Below, one piece after another: positions 35,844 to 50,096 of a stretch of DNA of 64,000 bases. The translations under genes and the position numbers were made by a program. Numbering within the stretch: position 1 is the stretch's first letter; each line of letters starts with the position of its first letter. This DNA comes from Felis catus (lineage: Eukaryota): assembly GCF_018350175.1 (NCBI RefSeq), contig NC_058368.1:30692001-30756000 (forward strand). The letters are read 5' to 3'. The notes beneath the pieces are model-generated. The model saw only the letters and a list, made by a program, of their open reading frames with translations. It had not been told where the DNA came from and did no database searches.

Positions 35844-38800
35844 CCTGAGAGGATGCACACAGGTGAATATATGCTTCCAGAACAGAAGGGTGTTTTTTTT
35901 GTTTTGTTTCTGTTAATACTCTATCACTGCCGTCCAGGACAGAGCCATGTCTGGCTCATAGAAGATGTTTAATAAATACTGAACGAACATAGGCTGCTTG
36001 TGTAGGGCACCATATCATCTGATGTATTCAACTCCCTTGAACTTCCTCACATGCCCCAGAATATTTCCAAATGAGGATCCACATGAAAAGTATACAAAAC
36101 AATGAATGGGGTGAGTAGATTTTCTGGACCTCCACGTGAATTTTCTTAAGCTTACCTTTGGGTTCTCTGTTTCACTGTTTCTGCTGAAATATTCTTCTCC
36201 TATTTTCCAAAGTATTAAAAACTCAGGGAAATTCAAGGACAATCCATTGGAGATGTGTTTGCAGCCTTTGGAATGCGGTACATGCACTTAAGTGATATTT
36301 GTGTCTACTGTGAGAGACTCCCTTGGAGGGCACAGGGCTGTGGGAACTCCCAGTGCCAGGGCAGTACTGGTAACTCAACCCCTTGCATTCCCATTCAAAG
36401 TAGCATCTTCCAAGTAACTTGCTCACACCTAAACCTTGAGACCTTGCCAATGTATTATCAAACATAAAATCACTCACTGGTGTTGGTACTTTCATCGTTA
36501 GAATCAAATTGCATAAAACATGCCTGACAAAAGAATGAGAGACCCTTGCAAATACAAGCACAGCAAGACGTTAGCCACTGTCTGTGAGACGAAGCTATAG
36601 TGAACCCCCTGTCTGTAGTTAGGCATTCCGATGCAGTATATTTACTGACATTTCCTTTAATTACCACAACAATCTGCATGGGCCAAGGAAGATTAAATTG
36701 CCTGAGATGGTTTACCTTGAAAGGGGTAGAGTCCAGAACTGGGCAGGGGGGGGGGCTTTTCTGATTGCAGACACCAAGCCCAGCATAGTGGGCTATCCTA
36801 CGGATCCCTTTATATATTGGCAGTAGTTCTGGAGGTTCTACTCCTTTTTGACTCTTAGCATTGTTCTCTCATTAAGATAACGAAGCTCTGAGAAAGAGCG
36901 TGTCTGGAGCCCGAACATATTTCTGAGTTTGATATAATGCATTATTAAAGTAATATATGAAATACTAAATAATCTATGTATTTTGTGATGTAAACGTACA
37001 TGTAGAAAATGCCCAGTTCTTCTGGATTGTGATTTTTATTTGTATTTCTTTGAGGAGTACACAAGGTTTAGGCCAATGCAGAACACTCATTTTAATTCTT
37101 GAACATGTCCTGTCATTCTGGAAGAAAGGTTCCAAAATGCCAGACCCTTTTCTTGGTCTGGGTGTGGCGATGCTTCTCAGCTACAGCACATGGGAGCCGT
37201 GAGATTACCGGTCGGACTGGCTGTGAAAAGTGAACGCACAAAGGATTGAGCTTCAACAGGAAAGCAAGAATGGTAGACCCAATATGGCCAAATAGCAACA
37301 TTTTTAGTATTCTAGAAGTGTCTCGGTGTTAATTTTTCTGAGAACATATAGATAATTTTTAGGGAAATTGTAACGAAATTAAGTATATACCTTTGAAAAA
37401 CTATTGACACTGAAAGAAATTCAGTGTTTAATTTCTATTAGATACAACGGAATCTGTATCATGGGGGCTATAAGTTTCCAACCACAGGAATTTTTTTTTT
37501 TAAATAAAGTCTTAAAGTGAATGCAGTGTATTTATTTAGCATCCATACTGCCGTGAATAGCTGCAGTGTGTATTTATTGTTGGTTCTATACAATTCCCTT
37601 TACATGTTACAATAAGAGCTTTTTTAAAAAAAAAGTCTATAAATGACCCTTTACAATGACATTACTGAACACCTCTTCACATCTTTTGTAGTATTCACAG
37701 TGTATCTTTGGATATATCTATTCAAAGTTGATGAGAATACCTTTTCCATCTACTTCATTCTGTTTCTCTGAAAACATCTCATCACTGAGCAGTACATTCG
37801 CATTCATCAGTAATTACTTGTACACTGTCCAATTTGTATCCTGTGAAGGCTTATGGGAGAATAATTGCTGTACTATGTCAAGAGAAGGATTTAGCCGATG
37901 CTAGCTTACAAAAATCCAAGCATTCTCCCACTCACGAATGACCCCGAAATTCTTACTGGCTTTAAGATGTCTAATTATATCACTGCCTTTCTATAGAGAT
38001 CATTTTGACTGCAAATTATTCACTTCTTTAATCCAGCCTCTCATAATTATTCCATTTTCATAGCTGCTCACACTTTATTCTTCCCCTCACCTCTTCCTTG
38101 CAGTCACTGTGATATCCCTGGTAATTTGAAGAAAGCAGTCAGGCCAGCCATTCAGAGCTTCACGAGCAAAAGGAACTTCACTCTCTCTTCTGCTATTTTA
38201 GTTTCATTGAATTATGTTCTTATTGTGTTGGAGGAATATTATTCAGGCTAAGGAATATAGTCACAATAACTTTTCTTTTTTCTTTGGTGTGAAACATCAT
38301 TTAGATGTTTAATCACCTGAAAAAGCCATTTACCGCTTTATATATACCTTCCCTATGAGCGTAATCCTTTAATTATTAATTGAATTCATAATTCTGGACT
38401 TAAATATGGCTTTGCGTTTGACTGTGCCAAGTGTTATGGAGTCTCTATTTCTTAATCTCAAATAATTATGTGTAAGTTTTTGTTTTTTAAAAAATGTTGA
38501 AAGCATACTAGGTTAACTCGTCGGTATTCTTCATGGATCATCAGTAACTTATTTTGTCCTATAGCTGAATTTATTTTATAGAATTTAATCAGTAACTCAA
38601 AACTGCCTTTTCAAATTCTGATAAAGCATACCTTGCTTTATACTATGGACTCTCCGTGGTGTCAAACAAAGTGCTTCCTTTCCTGATGAACTTTGGGGAA
38701 AATTGGGAAATGAGAAAAACTACTCACGAGTGCATGAATTCCCCAAAGATCACAGGAGCTGCAAGTTAAGGGTAAGTCGGACGACATCAGGGAGAGGGCT

Positions 38801-39356
38801 ATTGTGAGCCTGCCTTCACTCTCCTTTTCTCCCACTCTCCAAATTGACACAGTCTTCCTGAGGACAAGATGTGAAATTTTAGAGCAGTGATACAAAACAC
38901 CAATCCACATCATTGCCTCTTGTTGGACCAAGTGGGAAGGAAGAGAAAAAGGGAAATCTCTGTGCTCAGAATGTTTGACAGGTTAGCTTCTCCCAGAAGA
39001 GAGATGTGGACCAGTATTAACTATCGCCAACCAACCAACCCTTCACTAAGGTTGGAGGCCAGGGGTGGTTAAGGAACATCATACCTCAAGGAAACAAAGA
39101 GTTTTAGTAAAGCATTTCCCTCAGAGTTTGTTTTGAAAAGGTTTCAATGAATCAGTGTTGGGCACTTGCATTATAGAATAAGTGTAGAGTGTAAAATATT
39201 TCTCTCATATGTATGGGTGTTTGTAATGGATTATCTCTAGGGAAAACTAATTCTTTATAATTGGGCTTCCTGTGAAGTGAAGTTGTTTTTACGAATAGTG
39301 GAGCTATTGCTCCTAGCTTTTTCCAAACTCTGGTGTCCCCAAGATGGCAGTGCAAA

Positions 39357-39374
39357 AGATGCCCCCTGCTGTGT
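39357..39374 (-). promoter_or_regulatory. Candidate CTCF site (reverse orientation) next to a YY1-like motif
   Basis: The minus strand of 39360-39372 reads ACAGCAGGGGGCA (1 mismatch to the CTCF core). CAAGATGGC at 39340-39348. Confidence 0.4.
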
Positions 39375-40527
39375 GTCTGGCTAGGGGCATCTGGCCTTTA
39401 TCATTCACAACTTGAATTTAAAATGTATTTTTCCAGAGGAATATCTTGCAACACATCAGTCAATCATTGATAGGCTTGAAAATTAAATTCCACACATTTC
39501 AAACATATGCTCATTATAGTCAGGTAGTTCGAGGAAGAAATGGGTGAATTTCATATAGCATTCTATCATAATCAGGGTTTGGAGGCCTAAATGTCTGAGA
39601 TTTCTCTAACAAAATAAGTATCTGTCTCTTGGAAAAACAAGGAACATGGGCTCACCTGAACTTCCTGGAGATTGCTGGAACTTGTGAGGATTCTGAAGAT
39701 CTTGATGGAATCTGGAGTTAGAGACCCTCTGAGGCCTCCCCTCCCCCTCTCCCATTTCTCTATCTCAGTCTTTCCCTGTCACTTGCACGCACTCTACACA
39801 CATACCCCATCATCATCTGTGACTTGGAGTTTCTTTTTCTATAAAATCTGACTTCAAAAAATGGATTTTGCCTTGTCTCACTTCTTCCCTTTGCCCTTGA
39901 CGAAAACCATGCACTGTAGACTCTTCCCTTGAAAAGCTTGACTTTTAATTTTCACAAAGAAAAAGTAGGCCACATAAGGAAGAAACATAGCCAAGTTACA
40001 AAGCTTTCAGAAAGCTTCCAAAGTTTGTGTGCTTATCTGTCTGTAGACTTACTTTCTTAGGTTGTGTATTTTAGTCATGAGGTTATAATTCATCATAGCA
40101 CCTTCTCCTCTTGGTGATTCTCTAAGTAACATAGGCCGTTCCTGAATGAAATTCTTTAAAGACAATGTGAAGACGCATGAAAGAGCTGGATTGCAGTATT
40201 TTTCATACACTTGGTAATGGGTACACTGTGTGTGTAAAGAGCCGTAAGAGAAGGGTATACACATGTTCTAGACATGGCATATTTATGTCCAAATAATTCT
40301 AAATAGCTTATCAAAAGGGTGCTTATTTTAAGCAAACAGCAGTTGACTCCAAGGAAGAGAATGAAGTTCATCCATGCTACAGTGAGGCTGGAAGTAGAAA
40401 GTGAGAAACTAAGGCTATATTTTCCCTGGTCTATAGAGACACTTGGCCATGTTCTTTGTTTTCTATTCTCTTTTTCCTCTCTCCCACCTCTCTGCAGTTA
40501 ACCTGAATTCTAGGGAAGAATTGTACA

Positions 40528-40777
40528 TTTTTTTAAAAATAATATTTCCTTTTTTATTTTTTATGTTAGAGAAAGAGCAAGCAAGGGGAGGGGAGAGGGA
40601 AGGGGAGAGAGAGAGAGATAGAGATAGAGAGAGAGAGAGAGAGAGAATGAGAATCTCAAGCAGGCTCCAGACTCAGCACAGAGCCCTGTGTGGGGTTCGA
40701 TTCCATGATTCTGGGATAATGAACTGAGCCAAAATCAAGAGTTGGATGCTGAACTGACTAAACCACCCAGGAGTCCC
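40528..40777 (-). mobile_element. CAN-SINE
   Basis: T-rich tail, (GA)n, aagcaggctccagactcagcacagagccc...ccacccaggagtccc. Confidence 0.93.
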
Positions 40778-43700
40778 TCCAGAATTCAGGTTGTATATGC
40801 CATTAGCTGACCATGGCTCTACCTTTGATATGACTACAAGACCTTTCAGTTAGGGATGTACCATTATATAATAGTCTTAGTTTTTCAGTATTCTCATTCC
40901 AAATTTCTGGCAGAATCTGCCTGATAATTTTTTAGTGTGATCACAGGTCCATACCAATTAGCTTTTAGTCCATTTAGTTGAGGTCATTTGATACCTCAGC
41001 TGTTTGTTCTACTAGCTTTGGACGATGAACTTTCTGCCCACATGAATGGTTGGAAAGTTAATCAACATGTCTGCCACAGAGTTTGACACAAGCTTGACAT
41101 CTTTCTCCTGATTTAATCCTCTTCAGGACTCAGTCTGCTTACTTCCCTGACCGGGCAGTTTCTTTTCCTTCCTTCTGCACCATTTAATACTGAGTATGGT
41201 GGGACTACTCCTGAATAACTCACGTTTATATGGCACTAATAATATTTAAAGTTGTTCCCCATTTGGCCTATCTTTTTTTAATAGCACTTGAGGATTTCAG
41301 ATTTCTCCAAATGGGCTATTTGATTTCTACAAAGAATCCCACCAAGGATCAGTGGCCAAGACACTGAAGTTTAGATGAAGGGCAAGATGGGACCAGAGTT
41401 GACTTTCCTTCCCCACTCTTCTTATGGAATCTGGCATGATTCTAGAAAAACATGAGCTAGCATCTGGTGTCTTTTTATAATAAAGAAGCATCTAATAATT
41501 CTCTTCATTTCTTCTCTTCCCTTCACTTTATGCATGCTTATCTTTTTGTGGAAGTCAAAATAAATTAGTTTAAATATATTTTTAAGTATTATCTGAGCAA
41601 AGGATTAAAAATATGAGCAAAGATTTATGACTCCTCCTTGACTGCTAGTGTATACTAATCTGAAAGAGTGTTCCTTTAGTCATCTGTATAGTCATCTGTA
41701 TTTCACAGATAGATGTTGAGGACATGGCACTTATAATATTAGCTTCACCTCAAATGGCAGTAAGTGCCCGGGGCAATGGTTCCTACTCTCCCCTAGGGGC
41801 TGGAGTATCACAACAAAGTAGGTTTTAGGACAGTGAGTGACCCAGAGTCCTTTTTTTGCCTTCAATCTGCCTTACTGTCTTCTCCTTGAATACTTTCTGG
41901 CAGGTTGACCTAGAAATAACCTGTATTTTTCATTTGGAGTGGGAAACCATCAGTGGTTAGGGGGGGAAAAAAAAGAATGAAGAAGCTAAAGAGAATCAGC
42001 TCGATCTCACCCCCAGGGAAACAATAATAATGCATAGTTAATTTAGTGTTGGCATCCATAAAAATCCCCTCCTAAGGTTGTTTTATTTCCCGATGCATGC
42101 ACACATGAAAATGCACTCACAGTCACCAGAGAATAAGTATTTTGGAACACACGTTGAGTTCCCCTTTTCCCAGAACCTATAAAAATGCCTTCACTGTAAA
42201 AATAATTTTAACTTTTTTAGTGCAATCTATAAATGTGGCCTTTGGGCCCAGTGTTTATGGCAGATGGAATGGCTCTATTTGGACTAGCGACGAAGACATC
42301 AGTGTTCTGTAGGTATTGACATAGCAGCCATAAGCTTCCATCTGGCTGTATGCCTGTGCAGCCAGGATGATTTAGCGTAAAATTTGAAAACATATCTTAA
42401 TGTGTAGTTGCACAGGGATTTCCCCATTGATACAACAATTTAGTCATTACAAGTTCTTGCTACATGTATATGCATATGTTATATGTGTATATATATATAT
42501 ATATACACACATATATGTGCGTACATGTACCCATATATATGTGTGTACGTATATAATAATTTAGAATTCGTCTTAGCTTGTTTTTCATGTCTTGTCGTAT
42601 ATTTTAGAATCTGTGTCTATTTCTTCTTGATATCTCATGTCTTTAAGTGAATTTAATATCCAACTTTAAATCATCTCCTGTTTTTAATGAAGTAATTGAT
42701 AGTGGACTTTCATAGTCTTTTATTCTTGGGATCATAGCAGATTCCTTCACACCCCTAGCAAATTGACGTACAGACAAATGCATTTTCATTTTATTTTTGT
42801 ATTTCACTTACTGCATTGAGCATATTTCTGACATGGTTAAACCTAATTTTCCTCCCCATTGTTATCAAACCCGCTGGAATTTAGCATCCTTTATCTATGT
42901 AATAAATAGAATTCTCCAAGGATGTGATCAGATAAGGCTCCTTTCAATGTATTTCTAGAACTAGCTGCCCTCAGAAGAAAATATTGCTGTATGCCTAAAT
43001 ATTCATTAGGCAATATTAACTCAAATTCGTTTCTTAAACCACAAGTCGTTAGACAGTTGAGAAATTTGGGGTAAAATTTAAACCTTTACTCAATTGCTTC
43101 AGTCTTCTTATCTGTGAAAGAACACATGTCCACATAGGCAATGAACTGGTAGACATAAGAACATGCGAGGTTGTACTGTCTTGGTGGTTGCTGAAAGATG
43201 GAAATTCTTTACTCACTAATACCCAGTTTTGTCACAAAGAATGGTCTATACTAGATAATCTTTCTCCTCTCAGCTAGATTTTGCTCACCCATGCCTGCTC
43301 CCCCCAAACTGAAATAGTCTGTAGCGTATAACGCAGTTAGGTGTCCTGACTGGGAGAGGGGCTGGAAATGGACTTGAACTGGCTTTCGAGTCAGCCCCAG
43401 CAGAAGTACGCAGAGCACTGTGATTGCCTTCCCAGTTAATTTCTCCCTGCTGCTGCCTCTCAGGAGAGGGAGGAGAGTTAATTTTCCCTTCTCCATTTTT
43501 AACATTTGATAGCCACAGACTTAAAGATTCTCTCTTTCTCTCTCTGTGTTTTGTTTTGTGTTTTTGGTTCCCTTTTCTTTCCTTCCTGCAGTATAAGAGA
43601 GATTGCGTTTGTCAAAATAAACAGCACGGGACTGTAAACATTCCCTCTATTCTGAACATTATCTGAGGCTGGATTGACACAGCTAAAATGTACTGTGGTG

Positions 43701-44460
43701 GTTTTTTGTGCTGAAGACCACCCTGGAAACTATGTTTAGGAGGCATTAATGAGTTACATGTAGGCTTTAAAATATGCTAAACATTAAAAAAAAAGGTTAT
43801 AGGATATCTGCAATAAAAGCTAACTTTTGTTGAAACAGGTCTTTACTTAATTTTGACTCTAAGATATATAAAGTTGAATTTTAATTTTCACCTACAACTC
43901 CCATGTCACAGTTACTTTGTGAATACGTGTTGAGGTTGAGACCTACAATGATATTTTTATGATTTTTATTTGTAATCTTAACTATGATCATTTCACAAAT
44001 CTCTAAAATGAGAAAAGGATGGAATAGGAAAAGAGTAAAGGGAAAGGGTATTTCTGGGGGAGAGGCAAAAAGAGAGGCTATCCATTTGATGACCAATTTT
44101 TTTTATTATCAGGTCACTTACTAGGCTACTGGGCTTTGTGGTAATTTGTTCATTCTTGTTTCATTAAATTGTAATTACTTCTGATATCTCTGGCTTTATC
44201 CCTTTGGCTGGCTCCTCTATTAATTAAGTCTTAGGATCCTTTAGGAGATGAATAATTCTCCACTGGACAGTGTTAAGTTGAAGTCAAGAGGTGATAAAAG
44301 AAAATTAAGAGTAAAGTTAGAAGTTCTTAAAATAGTTTAAGATGTAAAAACGAGAGAGGACAGTGTACTTTCTTCTCTTTCCTTATTCATGTTTTCCATC
44401 ATTTTCATTATTTCTATTCTCTTATCTCTGAACACACCTAGAGCCTAGCCTCTGACGAGT

Positions 44461-44464
<4 letters not shown>

Positions 44465-44510
<46 letters not shown>
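44465..44510. repeat. (TG)23 microsatellite
   Basis: Direct reading. Confidence 0.95.
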
Positions 44511-44517
<7 letters not shown>

Positions 44518-45699
44518 TGCTATGTAGTTTCTTCTAGGAGCCAGATGAATTGCCTCAGTGCATTAACTTGGAACATCTCTCATATCTAATTACTAAGACC
44601 TTTCTGGAGATAGAATTTTAACAGTTGAATAAACACCATGGTAGGTGGCAGATCTAAAATCTGATACCAAGCTTTGTAGATTAAATGATATTGTTCTACA
44701 TGCTTGAATGTTGATTTACTTGGAAATGTGTGATGATAATTTTTCATGGTTGTCTACTTCGTTTATTTTATAGTATATATTATAGGGCTTAGAGGATTAT
44801 ACATAATCTTAAAGGTGTAATTTCATCTATCCTCATGTTTTTGGTTTATTTCAATTTATAGAACTCCAGACTTTGAAAGGCTCTTGGTAATTATCTCACT
44901 CAACTCTTTTATTTTTGAGGAGAGGAAAACAAAACACAGAGCTTAAGTGGTTTGCCCTAGTTTTAAGCAATCTGAAAGGTCATGACTAACAAATAATAAC
45001 AACAACATAATATTTAAGATTTTTAACTCTTGAATAAATTATCTTTCCATCCTGCCTCTTGGAAGGATGATGTGACAGTCATAAGCATCAAGAGCTTTCA
45101 ATCAAACTATAAATGCACAGCAACTCCCTTCAAGGAAGAACTCCTGACCACAATGTAACCTGAGAATTCTTGAATATGCACAAATGTTTGGGACACAAAG
45201 ATGAATTGTCCTGGGAAAGTTAAGTGGGTAGTAAAGAAGGTGTGCTGATTCTAGAAGATTTCTTTACCAGTGACCTTTGATCAGATTTTTTCTCACCTGG
45301 TTGGTATATTGTCTTAATATACAAATGAAGACCATGAGATCATTTCAGGCTTAAAAAGGAGATAATTTTCTTGGTGTCTATTCTTTAATTCCTCACTCCT
45401 TCCATCAACTTGAATACCATATACGTGAAATCCCAAATTCGTGTTAAAACTCCAAAGGCCCTCTGCAATCTTTCTACTTCTCTAGTCTCAGTTGATATTT
45501 TAAGGTATCTCCTCTCTACCCTCCACACTCGAGTTATGCTTGGTTATTTTAGTTTCTCAAGTGTTTATTCTTTCCCCTAGAATCCCTTGCATATGCTACG
45601 TATTTCGCATCCACGATTTACTCAGGCACCTGTTATTCATCTTTTAGGACTTAGCTAACATATGCTTTCGTCTGGAAGAACTTAGCATAATCCCCAGAC

Positions 45700-47230
45700 T
45701 CAGTAAATTCTTCGTGTATTCAGTTTCTATAACTCTTGGTATGGACGTTTTTGCCACAGTCATCAGGATAGTGATGGTGACAGTGAACAGGAGCGGGTAC
45801 ATTAAATATTCATTACGAGATGTTATATAAGGCACTGTGATCAATTTGCTGTATCTAGTGAGTAAAAAGGGGAGTGAAGGATAATTCTGGGTTTTTGGCT
45901 TTGATGATTGGGTGGGTTCTGGTGTCATTAAGTTTAACAGAGAGATAATATAGAGAAAGTAAGTAACGTGGGAAGAAAATGACTTCAGATTTTGTGATGT
46001 TGATTTCAAGAAAGAGATACCCTTTCAATAGTTGAATGTATGAGACTGACCTTAGAGAACATATTCATAATAGAGATACAGATTGGGGAATCACCAGGAT
46101 AGGAGTCATAATATAAGCCGAGTTGGAAGAAAAGAAGGTGCCTGGGTCAGGAGGATGTTTAAAGAATGTGAAGTGAGGACGATTCAAATTAGAACCCTGG
46201 AGGAAAACCACCACTTAAACATAGAGGCCGGGAAGAATGTCTTCTGTTAGCTCCTTCAGATTCAGTCTCCACTCCTCTCCATTTTTTCCCTGTGCCTTGA
46301 GAAGCTGCCTGACTTGTTTGGGCCACATAAAATGGCTCCTTTAGCTGTAGCTTTTGATATTGTTCACCCAGTTAAGGAGGAGGCACTTAAAATCAGAAGG
46401 AAGAAGAGTGAGTGCACAGCTTTTGTTCCTCACATCCATCCTTGTGGGTTCTCAAAGCATTGACACGACCCATGACCAAAGGTCACCTTTCCTGTGGGGC
46501 TCAACCAAAGCCTCTCTGTCTCAAGATTCTGGCAACCTTCTCCTCTCTTTGTACTATATGTATGGGAGACACGACACCCACAGATATTAAACCTAGAGAA
46601 CTGCACTATCCCATTCGTCTCCCTTGCTCACATTTCTGTAAATAGTCCCTGTATTAAGATCTTCTCAAATTATCCAATTTAAGTGTACCATCTGTTCCCT
46701 GCCATGACCCTGCCTGACACATAAGCAGAGATGCAGAAAGAAGTGTGTCGTAAAAGGCGAATGTGAAGTTTCCAAAAAATAGGAATGGTCAACAGTGTCA
46801 AATACTACGGGAAGGTCAAATTGGACCTGACAATCGGGAGGTTCTTGATGATCTCAGGAAGTAAGTGTCCAATTGAGTGTTACAGTAGGATTATGAATGA
46901 ATTAATTAGGCTACGAATTAGCAGAAAGACATTGAAGAAGGGCAGACGAAAGCTCAAAGTACTGCTTTGAGAACTGTGACTGCAAAGACCTGGAGAGAGC
47001 AAGAGAGCGGAGTTAGAATAAAAAAAATGGTACATTGGAAGGGACTGGAACGTTTTCAGATGTAGAAGGAAAGGGGCAGATTGAGAGGAGAGGTCGAATA
47101 GAGTAGAGGAGCAAGGAGATTTGCAGGGAACCCCTTGGGTGGATCAGGTGGGAAAAGGTAGGTCTTTGGACTCTGCTGGAGGCAGGAGAAAGTGAAGTGG
47201 ACTGAATCCAGTTACATTTTAGAAATAGAA
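45700..47230 (-). mobile_element. L2 LINE fragment interrupted by an LTR
   Basis: Purine-rich antisense L2-like sequence on both sides of the LTR (gagtgaaggataattctgggtttttggcttt...; ggaatggtcaacagtgtcaaatactac...). Confidence 0.55.
46238..46721 (+). mobile_element. ERVL solo LTR (LTR33-like)
   Basis: 3' end tgtaaatagtccctgtattaagatcttctcaaattatccaatttaagtgtaccatctgttccctgccatgaccctgcctgacaca. Confidence 0.75.
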
Positions 47231-48966
47231 GCAGAAAGCAGGGTAATGGCGACTTGGCAATTTTTGCACATTTCTCCAAATTACTATAGAATCGGCTCCC
47301 TTCTATATTGTGAATTTATTTCGGATTGGAGTGCCTCCTGTTTTAATTGCCAACTTTTCAAAAAGTTAAAATTACATTCAATGTTGGTTTAATGCTTAAG
47401 TTATCTATAGGCGGAGTTGGTGAAAGCCCTTTACGTTTTTATTTCAACACTTTTGATTTTGGGGAACTTCTGCAGCTTATTCTGGTCTTTAATGAAAAAA
47501 AGTACACATTGATACACTATACAGAACTCTATAAATCAAACTATATATACTAGCTGTGCTGTTAGCCTCCTGTATAGCTTTTAAATAAATTCCTGTGTAT
47601 TTTTTACTATCGTTCCTTGAGGCAACAAACCCTCAGCAATTCTCATTTTACTAATCTAAGGGAATAATATTGTTAGTAATCGTGGCTGCGGAGGCTAGGC
47701 TGGAACTGAATAGCACCATGTTAAAAGCAAAATTGCGATCTAAATAGACTACTGGCGTGAGAAAATAAGTTCAGGCTGCTGTTTTTCTCCCCTCAGATTA
47801 ACACTTGGGAAGCTAGATGTGAAGGAATCATGGATCGTAGGACTAAAAACACCGCAAAAATAACGAAACACCTTGAGAAATTCTGGGAAGACTGAAGGCT
47901 TTCTAGAATTGGCAAGTGATTCTTTCAAGAAAAAGCCCTGTTGGGGGATTTTTCACAGAGTGTTATCTCTGCCTCCTCATAGTTTGAGCTGGGAGAAAAA
48001 AAAATCCAAAATTTTATATAAAGACATTGATGATAAACATTTTTGACCAACACCTAATAAAGATGGTAACAGCTTTGAGTCAAAGAAAGTGAGAGATGAT
48101 TTTTCTCCTCCACATGGCTTAGTTGAAATCAACATATGTTTAGGATGGCAAAGGTGACTGCAGACAGTGATTGCAGAAATAATGTAGCATTTGACGGTGC
48201 TCAGAAAATATTTCAGTGCATGTCAAGAGTTTTGGAAGTGGACTTCTAAATTTTCAAAATACAATTGTAATAAAGTATTTCCCTAAAGGCAAACATGGCC
48301 GCAATAAAAATAATTTCTATTTACCGTGGGGAATACAGAAAAAAATACACTTGCGCCATTTAGAGAAGTAATACTCTTTAGACTTCTGGGCTTTCTCTGT
48401 TCGTTTCCTGTATGTTTTCACACAGCTTTGATCATGGGTCTCACATTCGTGCGTATTGAGCAAAACCTCTTTTGCCAACTTGATTATTTTAGTTAACTGG
48501 GAAGAGACTAACCCTGAAATAATTGACATCTGGTTCATTGATGTTGGCTTAATGAACATCCAGTCATTGGGCACTTTAAAGGTTTATCTGAAATGACTAA
48601 CATTGTCTGTGAACAGATAATGCCAAGAGTGTTCCTTGGGGAACTGCCTGTCGTAGTTACTGCTTACTTGGTCCACTCCCCCGCAAAGACTGCCAGATGC
48701 TAGATTGTTGGATTTTGATTATTTAAGTGGCTGAGAATTTTGGGAACAAGTACAGGGATAAAGGGCAGTTAAATCTGCCACAATCATAAGATCTATAGCG
48801 TGCATGAAGCATGAGAGACTATACCCTTATTTAGTAGAAATCCAGTGTGTTACTGGATATATAAATAGAGCAATATAATATAATCAATTATTATAACAAA
48901 TAAAGAATAGTTATTATAATTAATAAACAATAATATAATAAATATAAATTAATTACTATATATACA

Positions 48967-49113
48967 GGGGTGCCCGGGTGGCTCCGTCTGTTAAGCATCT
49001 TGACTCTTGATCCTAGCTCAAATGTTGGTCTCAGGGTTGTGAATTCAAACCTCGTGTTGGACTCCATGCTGGGCCTAAAGCCTACTTTAAAAAATAATTT
49101 AAAAAATAAATAA
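48967..49113 (+). mobile_element. CAN-SINE, short form
   Basis: ggggtgcccgggtggctccgtctgttaagcatc...ctccatgctgggcctaaagcctacttt plus A-rich tail. Confidence 0.9.
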
Positions 49114-49969
49114 CATACAAAGCAAATTAAACAGCAGAGAAGCGAATATAATGAAAAAGATCCATTCTGAAGCTTTACTGACCTAACTCCTACCTCCACG
49201 GTGTCTGTAACCCCTTACCAGTCTCACTGGGTTTTACATTGCACTTTTAGCCTGTTTCAAATATTTGTAAACTCTGCTAGTCAAACTAAAGGAAATTAAG
49301 CAGAGAGTGTTATTATTATGATTATTAATAATAATAACACTTAGCATTACTGAAACGTTACTATGTAATAGACTGAGTTAGTTCAAGCACTGAGTTTCTC
49401 CATAATCTTAAATGCAAATTGTGGATATTACATTCAAATTGCTGGTTTTTTTCTATTTGTGATATGAGTGAAGACCGCAAAGTTTATTTAAGTTGCCTCA
49501 TTAGCCAGAATATTTCACATAATTGCCATTAACTATCACAATCTCTTCTCTATAACATGGCTGAAAGAAAAAAAAATTCATTCTTTTCTCAATTATTAAT
49601 CAATTTCAGTACTCCTTTCTTAATAGGGAATGCTTAATAGAGCCCTGCTTCTCCCTTCCTTGACATTTTCCCCTTTCGCATCACTGATGAATGGGAATCA
49701 AACTACAGACCACTTACTGATTAGCTGAAAATTTCTAATCGTGTCATTTTAGAGTGCGAGTAATTTGTGCAATGGGATAATAATTTCTTCATAGTAGAAT
49801 GAATATTGAACAGTGATTGGTAGGGAATTAAAAAAAAAAAAAAGGCCTAGACTTAAAAGGAAAATAAGAGAATGAGGTTTTTTTGATTTTATCAACTGCC
49901 TGAAAAGTTTGCATGCAGCTGTGCTGGTTTTTGGAATGATACTCCATAGCAGCTCCTAGAAATAAATTT

Positions 49970-50096
49970 TATATGTATATATAAATAAATATTATATATA
50001 TATATATAGAGAGAGATAGATATAGATAAATATAGATATAGATACAGATATAGATGTAGATATAGATGTAGATATAGATATAGATACAGATATATA
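49970..50096. repeat. (TA)n / (GATATA)n simple repeat
   Basis: Direct reading. Confidence 0.9.

Noticed and set aside
42460..42560. Quasi-palindromic TA/TG/CA tract
   Set aside because: Self-complementarity follows trivially from low-complexity dinucleotide content
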